From: Delftia acidovorans NBRC 14950
GTDB lineage: Bacteria > Pseudomonadota > Gammaproteobacteria > Burkholderiales > Burkholderiaceae_C
Length of the DNA: 32,000 nt
Reading direction: 5' to 3'
NCBI RefSeq assembly: GCF_001598795.1
Contig: NZ_BCZP01000041.1
Span: forward strand, 1 to 32,000
In this document: piece by piece, positions 27,871-32,000 of the stretch
How positions within the stretch are numbered: the stretch's first letter is position 1
Layout of the letters: each line of letters opens with the position of its first letter
Notes under the pieces: model-generated
Databases searched by the model: none
What the model saw: the letters and a program-made list of their open reading frames with translations, nothing else
Told to the model about the DNA's origin: nothing
Translations under genes and position numbers: made by a program

Positions 27871-28368
27871 GTGCCCGTGGACAAGCCTGCTGTCGCCTTG
27901 CTGGCGCCGAATCCCCTGGAAGACATGGACGAAGTCCGCCAGATCTTCCAGGAGTACGCCGCAAGCCTGGATGTCGATCTGCAATTTCAAGATTTCGAGG
28001 CCGAGATCGCCGATCTGCCTGGCGACTACGCATCGCCGCGCGGCCACATCCTGCTGGCCAAGGTCGATGGCGCCGTGGCCGGCTGCTGCGCCTTGCGCCC
28101 GCTGGACAACTGCGATTACGCCAACGCCGCCGAGATGAAGCGCCTGTTCGTGCGCAAGGCCTTTCGCGGTTTCGGCCTGGGCCGCCAGCTCGCCGAGGCC
28201 ATGCTCGATGTGGCGCGCCAAGCCGGCTATGACCATGTGCTGCTGGACACGCTGGACGACATGGAGTCGGCGCGCGCCCTCTACACGGACCTGGGCTTCG
28301 AGGAAATCCCGCCCTACTATCACAACCCCATCGCAGGGGCGCATTACCTCAAGGCCGATATCTTCTAG
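27871..28368 (+). CDS. GNAT-family N-acetyltransferase
   Basis: Acetyl-CoA binding motif RKAFRGFGLGRQLAE and the LDTLDDMESARALYTDLGFEEI tail. GTG 27871 (or 27877) is preferred over ATG 27925, because the region VALLAPNPLEDMDEVRQIFQEY matches the usual GNAT beta1-alpha1. Confidence 0.8.
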   Translation: MPVDKPAVALLAPNPLEDMDEVRQIFQEYAASLDVDLQFQDFEAEIADLPGDYASPRGHILLAKVDGAVAGCCALRPLDNCDYANAAEMKRLFVRKAFRGFGLGRQLAEAMLDVARQAGYDHVLLDTLDDMESARALYTDLGFEEIPPYYHNPIAGAHYLKADIF

Positions 28369-28395
28369 GGCCGGCTGAAGCAGCCCCCTGAAATA

Positions 28396-28431
28396 CAAAA
28401 AGGCATTGCACCTGGGTGCAATGCCTTTTTT
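28396..28431. terminator. Bidirectional rho-independent terminator (GNAT / peroxiredoxin)
   Basis: AAAAA-AGGCATTGCAC-CTGG-GTGCAATGCCT-TTTTT. The stem is 11 bp. Confidence 0.75.
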
Positions 28432-28479
28432 CGCAAAAGCGCGGTGCCCAGGCCCGGCAGGCCTGCAGCACGATCAGGA

Positions 28480-28986
28480 TCAGGCCTTGGCCTGGCCCAG
28501 CAGGGTGGCAGCGTCGCTGACTTCGAACTTGCCAGGGCCTTCCACGTTCAGCGTGGCGACCTTGCCGTCCTTGACCAGCATGGAGTAGCGGTTGCTGCGC
28601 AGGCCCAGGCCCTTGCCGTTCAGGTCCAGCGTCAGGCCGGTGGCCTTGGCGAAGGCGGCATCGCCGTCTGCCAGCATGCGCACCTTGCCGTCGGTCTTCT
28701 GGTCACGGGCCCACGCGCCCATCACGAAGGCGTCGTTGACCGACAAGCACCAGATCTCGTCCACGCCGGCAGCCTTGAAGGCTTCGGCCTGCTCCACGAA
28801 GCCGGGCACATGCTTGGCCGAGCAGGTGGGAGTGAATGCGCCGGGCACGGCGAAGACCGCGATGGTCTTGCCGGCAGCGGCTTCGGGCAGCTTCACGGGG
28901 TTGGGGCCGATGCTGCAGCCATTGCCTTCGACTTCCACGTATTCCATCAGGGTGGCAGCGGGCAGGGCATCTCCGACTTTGATCAT
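28480..28986 (-). CDS. Prx5-type (PrxD/AhpC-TSA family) peroxiredoxin
   Basis: 168 aa starting MIKVGDALPAATL, with the peroxidatic Cys motif VPGAFTPTCS. AAGGAGA SD upstream. Confidence 0.9.
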   Translation of the reverse strand: MIKVGDALPAATLMEYVEVEGNGCSIGPNPVKLPEAAAGKTIAVFAVPGAFTPTCSAKHVPGFVEQAEAFKAAGVDEIWCLSVNDAFVMGAWARDQKTDGKVRMLADGDAAFAKATGLTLDLNGKGLGLRSNRYSMLVKDGKVATLNVEGPGKFEVSDAATLLGQAKA

Positions 28987-29041
28987 CTCTATCTCCTTTG
29001 TGGTGCAAAACCGGGGGCCGCCGAAATGGCGGTCCCCAAAC

Positions 29042-29070
29042 GAAAAAACGACCCACATTGTGGGTCGTTT
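29042..29070 (-). terminator. Rho-independent terminator directly after rpsQ
   Basis: The minus strand reads AACGACCCACA-ATG-TGGGTCGTTTTTTCG. Confidence 0.75.
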
Positions 29071-29104
29071 CCTGTGGCCTTGCAGCCGGTGGGCCTGTGT
29101 AGGC

Positions 29105-29374
29105 TTACACCAGAGCAGCCTTTTGCACCAAGCGGGTAGCAACCCAGTTCTTGGTCTTGGACAGCGGGCGGCTTTCCGTGATTTCAACCACGTCGCCCAG
29201 CTTGTATTCACCTTGCTCGTCGTGAGCGTGGTACTTGCTGGACTTGATCATGATCTTGTCATAGATCGGGTGCTTGACGCGGCGTTCAACCATGACCGTC
29301 ACGGTCTTGGCACGCTTGTCGCTGACCACCTTGCCAATCAAGGTGCGCTTGAGGGATTTTTTAGCTTCCGTCAT
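29105..29374 (-). CDS. rpsQ: 30S ribosomal protein S17
   Basis: 89 aa: [40 protein letters not shown]. Confidence 0.95.
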   Translation of the reverse strand: MTEAKKSLKRTLIGKVVSDKRAKTVTVMVERRVKHPIYDKIMIKSSKYHAHDEQGEYKLGDVVEITESRPLSKTKNWVATRLVQKAALV

Positions 29375-29387
29375 GTCGGCTTCCTGA

Positions 29388-29585
29388 TTACTTGGCAGCT
29401 TGCTTTTCAGCAAGGATGGTCTTGGCGCGGGCGATGTCACGGCGCGTAGTACGCAGCGTGTTCGTGTTACCCAGCTGTTGCGTAGCCTTTTGCATACGCA
29501 GGCCAAAGTGAGCCTTTTGCAGGGACTTCACTTCGGCTTCCAGGCCGGCAACGTCTTTTTGGCGGAGTTCAGCAGCTTTCGTCAT
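29388..29585 (-). CDS. rpmC: 50S ribosomal protein L29
   Basis: 65 aa: [38 protein letters not shown]. Confidence 0.95.
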   Translation of the reverse strand: MTKAAELRQKDVAGLEAEVKSLQKAHFGLRMQKATQQLGNTNTLRTTRRDIARAKTILAEKQAAK

Positions 29586-29595
29586 GTTGTTCTCC

Positions 29596-30012
29596 TTAGG
29601 CACCAATTTGACGGGACACGAAGGTCGTACGCAGCGGCAGCTTTGCAGCGGCCAGGCGGAACGCTTCACGAGCCAGCTCTTCAGGGACGCCCACGATTTC
29701 GTAGAGCACCTTGCCGGGCTGGATTTCGGCCACGTAGTACTCGGGGTTGCCCTTACCGTTACCCATACGCACTTCTGCGGGCTTGGTAGAGATTGGCTTG
29801 TCCGGGAACACGCGGATCCAGATACGACCGCCACGCTTGACGTGACGCGAGATCGCGCGGCGAGCCGCTTCGATCTGACGCGCCGTCAGGCGACCACGGT
29901 CAGTGGACTTCAGGCCGAAGTCACCGAAAGCAACGGAGTTACCACGCGTTGCGATACCGGTGTTGCGACCCTTTTGCTCCTTGCGGTATTTGCGGCGAGC
30001 AGGTTGCAGCAT
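29596..30012 (-). CDS. rplP: 50S ribosomal protein L16
   Basis: 138 aa: [24 protein letters not shown]. Confidence 0.97.
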   Translation of the reverse strand: MLQPARRKYRKEQKGRNTGIATRGNSVAFGDFGLKSTDRGRLTARQIEAARRAISRHVKRGGRIWIRVFPDKPISTKPAEVRMGNGKGNPEYYVAEIQPGKVLYEIVGVPEELAREAFRLAAAKLPLRTTFVSRQIGA

Positions 30013-30014
30013 CT

Positions 30015-30887
30015 TTATTCTCCTTTACCGTCCGCTGCTGTAGCGGGCGCGTCAGTCTTGCGAACGCGCTTAACGGAATCAGCGCCAGCGCCGGCGGGCT
30101 TATCGCTGCCGTCAGCAGGTGCTGCGTTAGCGCCTGCGGGGCGGCGGGCACCACGGCCAGCACCGTCACGACGACCATCGCCGCGACCATCACGGCGGGG
30201 GCCGCGAGGACGACGTTCTTCTTCGGGGCGGGGGGTCTCGGCTGCCGGCAGGTCGTTACGACCCAGCGTGTCACCCTTGTAGACCCAGACCTTCACACCG
30301 ATCACACCGTAGGTCGTCTTGGCTTCGGAGAAGCCATAGTCGATGTCGGCGCGCAGTGTGTGAAGTGGCACACGGCCTTCGCGATACCACTCGCAACGTG
30401 CAATTTCGATACCGTTCAGACGGCCCGAAGACATGATCTTGATGCCTTGGGCACCCAGACGCATGGCGTTTTGCATTGCACGCTTCATGGCGCGGCGGAA
30501 CATGATGCGCTTTTCGAGCTGCTGGCAGATCGAATCGGCGATCAGCTTGGCATCGATTTCAGGCTTGCGCACTTCTTCGATGTTCACAGCCACGGGCACG
30601 CCCAGACGGGTTGCGAGTTCCTTCTTCAGGTTCTCGATGTCCTCGCCCTTCTTGCCGATCACGACACCAGGACGTGCCGAGAAGATCGTGATGCGGGCGT
30701 TCTTTGCAGGACGCTCGATCAGGATGCGCGACACGGCGGCATTCTTCAGCTTGGCCTTCAGGAACTCGCGCACCTTGATGTCTTCGGCCAGCATGCCGGC
30801 GAAGTCACGGTTGCTTGCGTACCAACGGCTGGCCCAGTTGCGGCTAACAGCCAGGCGGAAGCCGGTAGGATGGATTTTCTGTCCCAT
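30015..30887 (-). CDS. rpsC: 30S ribosomal protein S3 with a long Arg/Gly/Asp/Ala-rich C-terminal extension
   Basis: Starts [18 protein letters not shown] at ATG 30885..30887. About 290 aa versus about 233 in E. coli. Confidence 0.95.
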   Translation of the reverse strand: MGQKIHPTGFRLAVSRNWASRWYASNRDFAGMLAEDIKVREFLKAKLKNAAVSRILIERPAKNARITIFSARPGVVIGKKGEDIENLKKELATRLGVPVAVNIEEVRKPEIDAKLIADSICQQLEKRIMFRRAMKRAMQNAMRLGAQGIKIMSSGRLNGIEIARCEWYREGRVPLHTLRADIDYGFSEAKTTYGVIGVKVWVYKGDTLGRNDLPAAETPRPEEERRPRGPRRDGRGDGRRDGAGRGARRPAGANAAPADGSDKPAGAGADSVKRVRKTDAPATAADGKGE

Positions 30888-30903
30888 ATTCTTCCCAGGC
30901 CTT

Positions 30904-31236
30904 TCAGTTGCCAACCGTCACGTACACGTGGCACGTGGGCTTGCTGATGCGATTGCCGCGGCCCTTTGCACGCGCGGTGAAGCGCTTGAGCGTGGTGCCT
31001 TGTTCGACGAAGATGGTCTTGACCTTCAGTTCGTCGATGTCGGCGCCGTCGTTGTGCTCGGCGTTGGCGATGGCGGACTCGAGCACCTTCTTGATGATCA
31101 CGGCAGCTTTTTTCTGCGTGAACGTCAGGATGTTCAGGGCTTGGTCCACTTTCTTGCCGCGGATCAGGTCCGCGACCAGGCGACCCTTGTCCACAGACAG
31201 GCGGACGCCACGGAGAACAGCACGTGTTTCAGACAT
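30904..31236 (-). CDS. rplV: 50S ribosomal protein L22
   Basis: 110 aa: [37 protein letters not shown]. Confidence 0.96.
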   Translation of the reverse strand: MSETRAVLRGVRLSVDKGRLVADLIRGKKVDQALNILTFTQKKAAVIIKKVLESAIANAEHNDGADIDELKVKTIFVEQGTTLKRFTARAKGRGNRISKPTCHVYVTVGN

Positions 31237-31246
31237 GTTCTATTCC

Positions 31247-31522
31247 TTACTTCTTGGCTTTTTTGTCCGCCGGGTGACCCTTGAAGGTACGGGTCAGCGC
31301 GAATTCGCCGAGCTTGTGGCCGACCATCTGGTCAGTCACATACACGGGCACGTGCTGCTTGCCGTTGTGCACGGCGATGGTCAGACCGATGAACTCGGGC
31401 AGAACCATGGAGCGACGCGACCAGGTCTTGACGGGCTTCTTGTCCTTGGTGGCGACGGCCTTTTCGGCCTTTGCCAGCAAGTGATGGTCAACAAACGGAC
31501 CCTTTTTAAGAGAACGAGTCAT
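31247..31522 (-). CDS. rpsS: 30S ribosomal protein S19
   Basis: 91 aa: [18 protein letters not shown]. Confidence 0.97.
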   Translation of the reverse strand: MTRSLKKGPFVDHHLLAKAEKAVATKDKKPVKTWSRRSMVLPEFIGLTIAVHNGKQHVPVYVTDQMVGHKLGEFALTRTFKGHPADKKAKK

Positions 31523-31532
31523 TTGCTACCCT

Positions 31533-32000
<468 letters not shown>

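Overview
High-GC (about 63-65% by eye) betaproteobacterial core-chromosome window. Gene content and order look Burkholderiales/Comamonadaceae-like, but that is inference only. Contents from left to right:
- 5' end of tuf, preceded by a tRNA-Tyr/Gly/Thr cluster plus tRNA-Arg (minus strand).
- A TetR-controlled tripartite RND efflux operon (adaptor, pump, outer-membrane factor).
- A membrane-anchored cytochrome c5.
- A translationally coupled YheT-like alpha/beta hydrolase plus a conserved hypothetical protein.
- A LemA-TPM-TPM module and a small orphan lipoprotein.
- The complete atpIBEFHAGDC operon (minus strand).
- ybeD-lipB-lipA.
- A permease-less PTS: EIIA-Man, HPr and EI.
- A divergent lipoprotein / TlpA-like thioredoxin pair.
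- A divergent cytochrome c' / cytochrome b561 pair.
- A GNAT acetyltransferase and a Prx5-type peroxiredoxin.
- The distal S10 ribosomal operon (rplB to rpsQ).

I see no CRISPR array, transposase, integrase, phage gene, or recognisable defence or toxin-antitoxin module. I cannot honestly support a novel multi-gene system here; this reads as an ordinary housekeeping region.

The most checkable oddities:
1. A promoter-plus-terminator unit with no credible ORF in the lipA/ptsI convergent spacer (candidate sRNA).
2. A perfect (CATCCC)4 repeat that may encode a His-Pro N-terminal tail on cytochrome b561, next to a 9-bp inverted repeat.
3. An unusually long, highly structured atpD-atpC spacer.
4. 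The S10 operon ends at rpsQ with a terminator and no spc operon follows.
5. A few candidate operator palindromes.

The many long antisense ORFs in the track are high-GC artefacts.
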